Shown here: positions 25,159 through 34,102 of the stretch, piece after piece
Numbering within the stretch: position 1 is the first letter of the stretch
Layout: each line of letters begins with the position of its first letter
IMG/VR virus record: IMGVR_UViG_3300048015_000019
Span: 1-61,065 of that record
Reading direction: 5' to 3' (one strand)
DNA: 61,065 bases
DNA from: a virus
Notes under the pieces: generated by a model
The model's input: the letters and a program-made list of their open reading frames with translations, nothing else
The model's database searches: none
What the model was told of the DNA's origin: nothing
Position numbers and translations under genes: made by a program

Positions 25159-27434
25159 GCGACACCATGTATCCGGCCATGTCCATCGCGCCGATGGACG
25201 TCATCTCGCCGCTCGGTCGCCTGGCGCAGATCGCACAGACGAATGTCGCGACCCAGGGCGGCCAGATCCAGAACCAACTGGCTGGGCTGAACCTGAACTA
25301 TCAGCAGATGCTGCAGCGGCAGTTTTTTCCGCAGAGTGGTGGTTCGGATGCGGCCGGTACACCGCAAAGCAACGTGCTAGGATCGTATGCTGCTTCGGCC
25401 GGCGCGAATGGCGGCGCGGCGGCACCTCCGCCACCCGGGAACCCGGCATCTTCCAGCTATTTCGGTTTTCCCGCGCCAACCATGCAGGTCTACGCTGCAG
25501 CTCGGAGCGCCAATCCGACTCAGGCGGCGAAAACGCTGATGGACACGCGCAACGCCTATCTCAGTCAACTGATCCAGCAGGCCGATCCCGGCACGCCGGG
25601 GTGGAAGGCGATGGCGGATCAGGCCTACTCGCAAGGGTATCTGGATGTGCCACACTATCAGGCATGGTTGGCTGCCGATGCCGGGCACAAGGCACAGATC
25701 ATGCAATCGCTGGTCTCGCCGACCGATGCGCTGACGAGTCAGATGGGGCTGATCAAAGACGGCATGCAGATGGGCCCGGACGGCAACATTGGCGTTTCGC
25801 CAGTCGCTGTGGTTGCAAAGGGCGCTGTGACGGCAGCGACGTCAAATGCGCAGAATGCGTCAAACTTGGCCTATGCCGGCCCCACAAAATACGCGACAGA
25901 CACGGCGGCGAATGCGGCCATGATCACGAGCGGCGGCCAGGCCGCAGCAGTGAAAGCCGCCGCGACCAATCAGTTCGACACCACGGAAATCAAGGTTCCG
26001 GACGGCCAAGGCGGGTTCCGCGTGGAGACCGTGCAGAAATCGCAAGTGCCGGCGTTCCTCAACGCCAACAGCGGCGCGGCGCCGAGCACGGCGGCGGATA
26101 TGGCGAACCCGACCGTGTCAGTGTCCATGGACACGTTCGTCAACCGACTCATGGGGCGCGAGTCCGGCGGCAATCCGACTGCGGGCAATCCAACCCTGCC
26201 GGGCGGCGCCACAGCATCGAATGCGGCTGGTGGTGCTCAGTTTTTGCCCGGCACATGGACGCCGCTCGCGCGACAAGTCGCGCCGCAGGCTACGGCCGGC
26301 ATGACTGATGCGCAGGTGGCCGCCATGCGTCAGGATGGGTCTCCGCAGGGCTTGGCGCTCCAGCAGGCTGTGGTGCGAGCCTATGCGCAGCAGAACGTTG
26401 GCGCATTGGCTTCGCGTGGGTTGCCGGTGAATCAGATGACGCTGGGCTTGGCTCACCAGTTCGGCGCCGCCGGCGCCACGGCGATCTTGCAGGCCGCGCC
26501 GACGGCGCCGATCGCATCTGTGGTTGGCCAGGAGGTTATGACGGCCAATCCTCAGCTGAAGGGAAAGACGGTCAGCCAAGTCCTCGGCGATGCGTTCGGT
26601 ACCTATGGGATCAACCCCGTGACGGCGCAGGGCGGCGGCGGGACGGCGGGCGCGATTCCTGGGCCTCCGGTGCTTTCGCCGCAGGGTAAGGCGTCGCTCG
26701 ATGTGACGACAGGCCAGATCAAGGCGGATCAGGGCGTTGTCGGCACCTCGTTGGCCAATGCGCAGGCTGCTCAGGCGCAACAGGCCAGCTTGATACAGAT
26801 GCGAGATGCCGCGGCACCGCTTGCGACCGGGGCATTCGCTGATCAGCGGCAAGCAATCCAGAACGTGTTGGCGACCTATGGGTCTGATACGGTGAACCGG
26901 TTCATCGCCGCAGCCACTGATGGCAAGATCGACCCGACGAAGGCTGCAGCCACGCAGGAATATGTCAAGCTCGCGCTCAGTGCTGCCAGCTCGGCCGAAA
27001 AGGCGAACAATCCTCAAGGCGGCCTCGGCATCACGAAAGTCTATCAATCGGCCTTTCCTGGTCTCGAAACCCAGCCGGATGCCGTCAGGGAGATGTCCAA
27101 TCTATTCCTGATCGACAAACAGCGGACCATCGACCACGCGATGGGCCAGCAGCAATATCTGAACACCCAGCAGGGTCAGTTTGCGCAGCCGGGCGGACAA
27201 TACAGTTCTGTGCAGAATTTCGATGCGCAGTTCATGAAGACGAACCCGCCGCAGGTCTATGTGTCGGCCGCGGCTGCGTTGAATGGCAAGCCATATGTTC
27301 AGTGGTCGAAGGGGTTGACGCCGGCGCAGCAAGTGGTCGCGGCGCAGACGGTGTGGAGGGCTGATCCGAATGCCGTGTTGCTGGATGGCAAAGGGCAGCG
27401 CCTCGTCAACCCAGCGCTGCGGAGTGGCCAGTAA
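25155..27434 (+). CDS. Internal virion protein with a lytic transglycosylase (SLT-like) domain
   Basis: RLMGRESGGNP...AAGGAQFLPGTWTPLA at about 26140-26290. Confidence 0.7.
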   Translation: MSDTMYPAMSIAPMDVISPLGRLAQIAQTNVATQGGQIQNQLAGLNLNYQQMLQRQFFPQSGGSDAAGTPQSNVLGSYAASAGANGGAAAPPPPGNPASSSYFGFPAPTMQVYAAARSANPTQAAKTLMDTRNAYLSQLIQQADPGTPGWKAMADQAYSQGYLDVPHYQAWLAADAGHKAQIMQSLVSPTDALTSQMGLIKDGMQMGPDGNIGVSPVAVVAKGAVTAATSNAQNASNLAYAGPTKYATDTAANAAMITSGGQAAAVKAAATNQFDTTEIKVPDGQGGFRVETVQKSQVPAFLNANSGAAPSTAADMANPTVSVSMDTFVNRLMGRESGGNPTAGNPTLPGGATASNAAGGAQFLPGTWTPLARQVAPQATAGMTDAQVAAMRQDGSPQGLALQQAVVRAYAQQNVGALASRGLPVNQMTLGLAHQFGAAGATAILQAAPTAPIASVVGQEVMTANPQLKGKTVSQVLGDAFGTYGINPVTAQGGGGTAGAIPGPPVLSPQGKASLDVTTGQIKADQGVVGTSLANAQAAQAQQASLIQMRDAAAPLATGAFADQRQAIQNVLATYGSDTVNRFIAAATDGKIDPTKAAATQEYVKLALSAASSAEKANNPQGGLGITKVYQSAFPGLETQPDAVREMSNLFLIDKQRTIDHAMGQQQYLNTQQGQFAQPGGQYSSVQNFDAQFMKTNPPQVYVSAAAALNGKPYVQWSKGLTPAQQVVAAQTVWRADPNAVLLDGKGQRLVNPALRSGQ

Positions 27435-30400
27435 TGCCGCCGGACGGGTTTGATCTTGCGGCGGCGCTTGGGGCGTCGGCAGCGCCGTCTCAGCCTGATG
27501 CTGTGCCACAGACAACGGCGGCCCCAGCGACCGCGCCTGATCCGTCGCAGGTTCCGCAGCCGTTTCCCGGTGGAGGCGGTGTTTTGCCGGATGGGTCGGC
27601 CACGCATGACCCGGCCGTGTGGGCGCGCTGGCTGAATGATCTTGGGCCGGGCACGCAGGAGGGTGGCGCATGGGGCGCCAAGGTTTCTCCAGCGCCGCCA
27701 ACTGCCGGCGATTCCGTTGCGCCGTCGCCGGGGACGAATGCCACCGCGCTTGGCGCATCGGCACCGGCGCCAAAGGCCGCAAGTTCTGGCCCGGCACCTG
27801 GAGCCATGGCTGCCAAGGATTTTGACCTGGCGAGAGCGCTCGGCGCTGAACCCGCCATCAATCCGGCCCCGGTAGCCGTAGCCACAACGGCATCTGTGAC
27901 GGGGCAACCCGGCCAGAAACTGACCGGCGGTATGGCCAACCTAGCCGCGGGCGGCAATGAAGCGCTGGCAAGCACCCTGGGCATGCCGGTTGATCTCGCG
28001 ACCGGCGCACTGAACCTGCCGGCGCGCGCGATCAACGCGGTGGCGGGCACCAACCTGCCGATGATCACCAATCCGGTTGGCGGTCAGAACTGGTGGGAAT
28101 CGGCCATGGGTCTGATCGGCGCTGATCCGCGCAACGTGGCGGCGGACGGCCAAGGTGACAGGCTGATCAGGGGCATTGGAGCCGGCGCCGTGGGTGCCAT
28201 GCTGCCCATGGCACCAGCGCGGGCGGTCGCCTCTGGAGCGCTTGGTGCTGGCGAATTAGCGCAAGGCGTGGCCAGTGCGCTTGGTAGCGGGTCCATGGCC
28301 GGGAATGCCGCCATGGGCGCGACATCTGGATACATCGGTCAGGCGGCAGAGGACGCGACGACAGATCCGCGGTGGAAGCCGCTTGCCAACATGCTCGGCC
28401 AAGTCGCCGGCGGTGCAGGCGCAGCGTTGACCGGGGCAGGTCTCAGTGGCGCCTATCGCGCTGCCACCGGTGCGGCTGGGCGGCTGGCCGAGACGCTGCC
28501 GATCGGCGCCAAGACGTCGCTGCTGGACGATACTGGCGCACCTGTGATCGGCACGGACGGCCAGCCTGTCATGATGACGCAGGGCCAAGCGCAGGCGGCA
28601 ACCCGCGGCGTTGCGCAGGCCGCCGGCATGTCCGCGCCCGATTTGGCGGCAAGCATCCCGACAGAGGCGCCTGCCGTGCTGGGCGACCGTCCAACCGTGG
28701 GGCAGCTCACGGGCAACATGCGGGTGCTTGGGCTGGAGCGAAAGCTGAAGACGTTGAACCGGGAGCCGTTCAACGAACGCGAGGCGTCGAACAACACCGC
28801 CCGCACGGCAGCGCTGGCTGATCTCTCGCACCCGGACACGCAAGGGGACGCTGCCGGGCAGTTCTTCGTGAACACCTTGCAGAAAATCGACGAGGCTGGC
28901 GCGGCGCGCGAGGCAGCCGCGGGGCGGGCGGCGCAGGCGGCCACATCTGGGCTTGGCGGCACGGCATCGGCGGCTGAGCTCGGGCAGGCCATGCGCGGCC
29001 ATGTCGAGCAGAGGTTTGCGCCGGTGATGCAGACGGCAGACAGGGCGGCCCAAGAAGCGGAACGGCGCGTCGGCGCCACGGTTGCGGCAGTCGGTGGCGA
29101 GCGGGTCGGCACGCCGGCGGCCACGGCATCGGAGCAAATCGGGGCCGAGACGAGGGCTGCGCTGGATGAGGCTCATCGGGCTGACGATGCGCGCATTGCT
29201 CGTCTGTTTGATGCCGTGGATCCAGACAAGAAGCTGGCACTGTCGTTGCAGAACTATCGTGCCGCGGCCAAACAGATGCGCGACGAGATCCTGCCCGGTG
29301 GCAGTGGAGGCGTGAGTCCGTCCGAGGAAGCCGTGATCTCGGCCGCGGAAAAGGCGCCCCGTGTGCAGACATTTGCTTGGGTGCAGCAGGAACGGAAGGC
29401 GATCAACAACTATGCCGCCATGGCGCGTCGGGCGGGTGACAACAACGCGGCTCGGCGTCTTGAGACTGTGCGTCGTGGGTTGGATGCCGATATTGATGCG
29501 GCCGTGGCGGATCAGGTTCGCCAGGAGGCGCCGTTTGTGGTATCGGGGCAGATCCTTGAAGGCCAGTCCATGCTCGGCAGGTTGGCGGAAGCGGCCAACG
29601 CTCCGCAGGTTGGTAGCCACGTGTTTACGCCCAGCGGGCAGCGCGTCGAGGTAAGCTATCGATTGGCGGATGCGTCGAAGCTGACGACATCGCACACGGC
29701 AGACATGCGGGTAAATCCGGACTTTCCACCGGAGCTGCAGCCGCGCGACCGGACAAAAATTCACAGCGAGCAGCAGATCAACAGCATAGCGAATGATCTT
29801 CAGCCTGGGCAGTTAGGAGCTTCTGCGTCGGTAAACGAGGGCGCTCCTATTATTGGGCCTGATGGCGTGGTGGAGTCTGGCAACGGCCGCATGCTGGCGA
29901 TCCGGCGAGCCTATGCGCAGAATGGGGAGTCGGCAGAGCGTTATCGGGTGTGGCTGCAAAGTCAGGGTTACAACACCGAGGGTATGGCGGAGCCGGTGCT
30001 TGTGCGGCAGCGTGAGACGCCATTGACGCCGGAGCAGCGTGCGCGGTTCACCGAGGATGCTGCTGCACCGACGGGTCTGACGCTTTCGGCGGGTGAGCAG
30101 GCGGCGGTGGATGCGCGCAGGATGTCGGACGACACGCTGATGCTTTACCGTGGCGGCGATTCGCATGAGGCAGAAAACCGGGATTTTGTGCGGGCATTTG
30201 CAACCGACGTGACGGCGCCCGGGCAAGCAAACAATTTCTTTACATCCGAAGGTGGCATCTCGCTGGATGGTCAGCGGCGAGTGCAAGCCGCGTTGCTGTC
30301 GAATGCCTATCAGAACCCAGACCTAGTGTCATCGCTGATTGAGTCAGGCGATCCATCGATTAAGGCGTTTGGTGGAGCGTTGATGGATGCGGCTGGGCCA

Positions 30401-32515
30401 GTTGGTCGGTTGGAGGCGGCGATTCGGGCGGGTGATGCGAACGCCGCAAATTCCGTGTCTGGTGATCTGGTGGCGGCGGCGCAAATGGTGGCCGATGCGC
30501 GGCGGCGGCGGATATCGCTGGGCGAATTGGTTGCGCAGCAGGACGCATTTGCAAAGCGGAACCCGGAGGCCGAGAACCTGCTGCGAGCAGCGTATGGGGA
30601 CAATTTTGACCAGCGGCTTTCGCGGGCGCGGCTGGCTGATATCTTGACTGAATACGCACGGATTGCTGGACAGCAGGGTGCCGGACCAGGCATGTTTGGG
30701 GACGCTCTCACGCGGGAGCAAATCCTCAGCAGGGCGATTGAGAAATATGGGACCAACGCTCAGCGCACCAGCGCAGCCGCCGATGCGGGGCGATCCGGTG
30801 AAAAAGTTGCTTCTGGGATACGCAACGGAGAAATCGGGTCTGAAGCACAGCGACTTGGCGATGGTGCGGCAGGGGCGGCGCCTTCAGGCGGAGGCGGTGG
30901 CGGAAAGGGCCGCAGAGCAGTTGGCGGCGGAGTCCAAGCCGAAACCGTAGGCGATCGCCCTCAGATGAGGGTGATGCCTGATCTTGCGCTCGAGCCCAAC
31001 CTGACCCAATCCGACCGCGATGCCATGCGCTTGGCCAACTCGGAATTTGCCAAGCACCAGGGCATTTTTGCTGAAGGTGCAATCGCCGACATCCTGGAAA
31101 AGAACCCGCGCAACGGCGGCCGGTTCGAGATGCCAGATGCTCGCGTGGTCGAGAAGCTGTTTCCCGGCGGCACGATGGAAGCGAAGAACGCGCACGCGCT
31201 GGTGGCTGCCGTGGGTCAGGAGCGGGCATCGCAGGTAGCCGGCGACGCTCTGGCGTTCAACCTGCGCTCGTATGCCGCTCGTGATGGCGCATTCGACAGC
31301 AAGCGCCTGTCAGACTGGATGGCGCGGCATTCCGAGGCGCTGACCGTGTTTCCGGAGCTGCGCCAGCGGTTTGGGACGCTCCAGCGCGCTCAGCAGACCT
31401 TGGACGGCATTCGGGATGCGCGTGCGCAGCTCGAAAAGCTGAATCCGATCAAGCTTGGCTCGACGAACGCGGATGTGGCCGCGCAATATTGGCGGCCGGG
31501 ACCGCAGGGCACCGAGGCCGTGCAGCGGTTCGCGCGAGACGCGGGCCCGCAAGCCGCGCAGGTGCTGCATGATGCCGCGGCGTCGTCGCTGCGCCAGTCG
31601 TTCAAGAACGGGGAGTTTTCCGAAACGACATTCCAGAGCTGGAAAAAGTCGTTCGGGCCGGCGCTGGCAGAGTTGCCAGCCGATGTGCGCGCGAAGTTCG
31701 ACACGTTTGCGTCGGCTCAGCGCGATCTGGCCGAGGCGGCAGCGGCGCGCAAGGCGGCGGTGGACGAGTATCAGAAGGGCGTGGCTCAGTTCTACCTTGG
31801 GAAAGATCCTCAAAAGGCCGTCGAATCAGTGATGGGGAGCGCGAACCCTCAGTTGAACGCGCTCCGGCTGATGCAGGCGACTGCGGGTGACAAGGCAGCG
31901 CAGGACGGCATTCGGAAGAACGTCGCCGACTGGCTGATTGCCAAGACCAAGAGCACGGCTGAAGCGGGCACGACCGGCGACAAGAAGATCGCCGGCGGAG
32001 TTTTTCAGCGGACAATCAGCAATCCCAAGATTGCAGCCGCGCTGGAGCGCGTGTTCACCCCGGATCAGATGGAGGCGATTCGCGCGGTTGGCGCCAGCAT
32101 TGCCCGGCAAGATCGATCAATCAACGCCACGGCGATCGCTGGAAGCCCCGGCACTGCGGCCGATCTGCATGCTGTGGGTAGCCATGGCAACAGCAGCTTC
32201 GTGGATCTGTTCTTGGGTGCGGGTCTGGGCGAGGCCGCGGCACACTTGTCGGGTGCAGGCGGCGTCGTGGGAACGGCCATGGGCGCCGCTGGCGTGGCCG
32301 GGGCCCATGCCTTGCGCATGATGCGGGCGGACGGCCTGACGACGGTGCAGGACATCCAACGCGCCATCGTGCTGAACCCTGAGCTTGCGCGCGTGATGCT
32401 GGCCAAGGTGCCGGTCAGCGAGAACGTGCCGATCATGCGCAAGCTCAGTGCCGCGTTGGCAAACTTGGCGACGTCTGGTGTGTCGCGAAATGCGAACGGC
32501 GACCCACGCCCCTAA
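27434..32515 (+). CDS. Giant (1693 aa) ejection / polyvalent-like protein with a ParB/DdrB-type domain
   Basis: LQPRDRTKIHSEQQINSIANDLQPGQLG...EGAPIIGPDGVVESGNGRMLAIRRAY at about 29738-29915. Its size and position match T7 gp16 / P22 gp16 analogues. Confidence 0.65.
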   Translation: MPPDGFDLAAALGASAAPSQPDAVPQTTAAPATAPDPSQVPQPFPGGGGVLPDGSATHDPAVWARWLNDLGPGTQEGGAWGAKVSPAPPTAGDSVAPSPGTNATALGASAPAPKAASSGPAPGAMAAKDFDLARALGAEPAINPAPVAVATTASVTGQPGQKLTGGMANLAAGGNEALASTLGMPVDLATGALNLPARAINAVAGTNLPMITNPVGGQNWWESAMGLIGADPRNVAADGQGDRLIRGIGAGAVGAMLPMAPARAVASGALGAGELAQGVASALGSGSMAGNAAMGATSGYIGQAAEDATTDPRWKPLANMLGQVAGGAGAALTGAGLSGAYRAATGAAGRLAETLPIGAKTSLLDDTGAPVIGTDGQPVMMTQGQAQAATRGVAQAAGMSAPDLAASIPTEAPAVLGDRPTVGQLTGNMRVLGLERKLKTLNREPFNEREASNNTARTAALADLSHPDTQGDAAGQFFVNTLQKIDEAGAAREAAAGRAAQAATSGLGGTASAAELGQAMRGHVEQRFAPVMQTADRAAQEAERRVGATVAAVGGERVGTPAATASEQIGAETRAALDEAHRADDARIARLFDAVDPDKKLALSLQNYRAAAKQMRDEILPGGSGGVSPSEEAVISAAEKAPRVQTFAWVQQERKAINNYAAMARRAGDNNAARRLETVRRGLDADIDAAVADQVRQEAPFVVSGQILEGQSMLGRLAEAANAPQVGSHVFTPSGQRVEVSYRLADASKLTTSHTADMRVNPDFPPELQPRDRTKIHSEQQINSIANDLQPGQLGASASVNEGAPIIGPDGVVESGNGRMLAIRRAYAQNGESAERYRVWLQSQGYNTEGMAEPVLVRQRETPLTPEQRARFTEDAAAPTGLTLSAGEQAAVDARRMSDDTLMLYRGGDSHEAENRDFVRAFATDVTAPGQANNFFTSEGGISLDGQRRVQAALLSNAYQNPDLVSSLIESGDPSIKAFGGALMDAAGPVGRLEAAIRAGDANAANSVSGDLVAAAQMVADARRRRISLGELVAQQDAFAKRNPEAENLLRAAYGDNFDQRLSRARLADILTEYARIAGQQGAGPGMFGDALTREQILSRAIEKYGTNAQRTSAAADAGRSGEKVASGIRNGEIGSEAQRLGDGAAGAAPSGGGGGGKGRRAVGGGVQAETVGDRPQMRVMPDLALEPNLTQSDRDAMRLANSEFAKHQGIFAEGAIADILEKNPRNGGRFEMPDARVVEKLFPGGTMEAKNAHALVAAVGQERASQVAGDALAFNLRSYAARDGAFDSKRLSDWMARHSEALTVFPELRQRFGTLQRAQQTLDGIRDARAQLEKLNPIKLGSTNADVAAQYWRPGPQGTEAVQRFARDAGPQAAQVLHDAAASSLRQSFKNGEFSETTFQSWKKSFGPALAELPADVRAKFDTFASAQRDLAEAAAARKAAVDEYQKGVAQFYLGKDPQKAVESVMGSANPQLNALRLMQATAGDKAAQDGIRKNVADWLIAKTKSTAEAGTTGDKKIAGGVFQRTISNPKIAAALERVFTPDQMEAIRAVGASIARQDRSINATAIAGSPGTAADLHAVGSHGNSSFVDLFLGAGLGEAAAHLSGAGGVVGTAMGAAGVAGAHALRMMRADGLTTVQDIQRAIVLNPELARVMLAKVPVSENVPIMRKLSAALANLATSGVSRNANGDPRP

Positions 32516-32517
32516 TC

Positions 32518-32573
32518 CAATCCTCGACGCCCCGCCCGATCTGCGCTAGTATTGGGTATCGGCACAGGCACAC
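32518..32573 (+). promoter_or_regulatory. Conserved late-operon element, copy B
   Basis: CAATCCTCGACGCC (32518-32531), then GCGCTA, then ATCGGCACAGGCACAC (32558-32573). Confidence 0.55.
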
Positions 32574-32600
32574 GCCGTCTCTCTTGCTTCTGGAGGACGC

Positions 32601-32636
32601 ATGCTTGGCAGCCCGATTGCGGTCGCTTGCCTATGA
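32601..32636 (+). CDS. 11-codon leader mini-ORF (MLGSPIAVACL) coupled by ATGA to the tail-collar gene
   Basis: Strong GGAGG RBS 6 nt upstream. Its TGA overlaps ATG 32633, which has no RBS of its own. Confidence 0.4.
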   Translation: MLGSPIAVACL

Positions 32637-33517
32637 GCGGCACCCGTTACACCACACCAAACGCATTCGACGTTGATCCGAGCGGCGCTCCGTATGCTGG
32701 CGGCCAGCTGTTTTTCTATGCGTCAGGCACCAGCACGCCGCTTGACGTTTTCTCGGATATCGGACTGACGCAGCCGATTTTGCAGCCGGTGACGGCCGAT
32801 TCTGGTGGCCATTTCGGGTCGATCTTCCTGCAGTCGCAGGCCTACAAGGTGGTGTTCTGTTCGGCTCCGGTTGCGCCCGCGACGGTCGGGCCGCAGGTCT
32901 GGACGTTTGACCCTGTTGGACAAGAAGCGGTCGGTTCCAACGCGGGCCTGCTCGGTGAAATTCGGGCGTTTGCCGGGCCGACGACGCCTTCGTTGTGGCT
33001 GTCTTGCTATGGCCAGGCCATCAGCCGCACGACCTATTCCGCGCTGTTCGCCGTGATTGGGACTGCCTGGGGTTCTGGTGACGGATCGACGACATTCAAT
33101 GTGCCGGACCTGCGCGGCCGCGCGCTGTTCGGCCGCGACAACATGGGCGGCACCGCAGCATCGCGGCTCACGGCTGCCGTGTCTGGCGTCGCCGGCACGC
33201 AGCTGGGCTCGACCGGTGGCGACCAGTCACTGCAGGCGCATGCGCATGGCGTGACCGATCCGACGCATACGCACGCGGTCACCGACCCGACCCATTCGCA
33301 CACAATTGGGCTGGGGTTCGCAGCGTCAAATGGTGGGAGTTACTCATTCAAGCCGGCTGGTGGTGGAACGTCGCTGCAGACCACTTCAAACGCCGCGACC
33401 GGCATCTCGATTGTTGCGGCTTCCACCAACGTCACCGTGAACAGCGCTGGAAATGGCCAAGCGCAGAACGTGCCGCCGGCCGCCGTCGTGAACTGGATCA
33501 TCTATGCGGGAGTCTGA
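32633..33517 (+). CDS. Tail fibre with a phage tail-collar domain
   Basis: GEIRAFAGPTTPSLWLSCYGQAISRTTYSALFAVIGTAWGSGDGSTTFNVPDLRGR is the Collar/MdpB signature. HAHGVTDPTHTHAVTDPTHSHT repeats. Confidence 0.85.
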   Translation: MSGTRYTTPNAFDVDPSGAPYAGGQLFFYASGTSTPLDVFSDIGLTQPILQPVTADSGGHFGSIFLQSQAYKVVFCSAPVAPATVGPQVWTFDPVGQEAVGSNAGLLGEIRAFAGPTTPSLWLSCYGQAISRTTYSALFAVIGTAWGSGDGSTTFNVPDLRGRALFGRDNMGGTAASRLTAAVSGVAGTQLGSTGGDQSLQAHAHGVTDPTHTHAVTDPTHSHTIGLGFAASNGGSYSFKPAGGGTSLQTTSNAATGISIVAASTNVTVNSAGNGQAQNVPPAAVVNWIIYAGV

Positions 33518-33518
33518 C

Positions 33519-33995
33519 ATGCGGATCGCTTTTGGTTTGGGGCTCGTGCTCTGGTGTGCGGCGGTGCCGGCGCTGGCACAAAAGTTGGATCCTTTGACGG
33601 GGATCATGCTGACGATCCCGGTGGGGCCGGGCGGGAGTGGGACTGGGGCTCAGCAAATTCCATCCAGCACCCACGGCTTAGGCTACATCTCGCTGGCGGC
33701 CAACACCTCCACGGCGCTGTCATCACTTACGCCGGGGCCGAATAGCGGTTCACTCGCGTTTCCGCTCACGACGCAGGCGATCACGCTGCAGGTTGTGTCG
33801 ATCAACACCAACACCGCCAGTCTGTGGCTTTGTCAGCTTGGCGGCACGTGTGTGGTTCCGACATTGGGGGCGCCAGCAGGCGCGACCGAAATCACGACGC
33901 CAACGGAGGCAGCCTCTTTTTCGGTTTCAGCCGCGCAGAGTGCATCGCCGACGATCGTTTCTTCTCAAGCCTTGTTGATCGAGGTGATCTGGTAA
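33519..33995 (+). CDS. Exported hypothetical protein (Sec signal)
   Basis: MRIAFGLGLVLWCAAVPALA|QK. GGGAG RBS. Confidence 0.6.
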   Translation: MRIAFGLGLVLWCAAVPALAQKLDPLTGIMLTIPVGPGGSGTGAQQIPSSTHGLGYISLAANTSTALSSLTPGPNSGSLAFPLTTQAITLQVVSINTNTASLWLCQLGGTCVVPTLGAPAGATEITTPTEAASFSVSAAQSASPTIVSSQALLIEVIW

Positions 33996-34102
33996 TGCGC
34001 CCCATCCCCCTCGCCGCCCTCGCGGCGCTCTGGTCCGGTGTGGCTCTCGCGCAGGGCGCAGCGGGGTCGGCGTGGGTAGCAACGGAGAACAGCCATGATT
34101 GA
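33995..34102 (+). CDS. 35-aa ORF: signal peptide plus a 15-residue tail
   Basis: TAATG-coupled. MRPIPLAALAALWSGVALA|QGAAGSAWVATENSHD. Overlaps the next start by 8 nt. Confidence 0.35.
   Translation: MRPIPLAALAALWSGVALAQGAAGSAWVATENSHD

Noticed and set aside
32633-33517. Possibility of a diversity-generating retroelement acting on the fibre genes, since some temperate podoviruses such as BPP-1 carry one.
   Set aside because: No reverse-transcriptase ORF is present, and I noticed no template/variable repeat pair near the fibre gene 3' ends. The only long-range repeat found is the intergenic 60-65-bp element.
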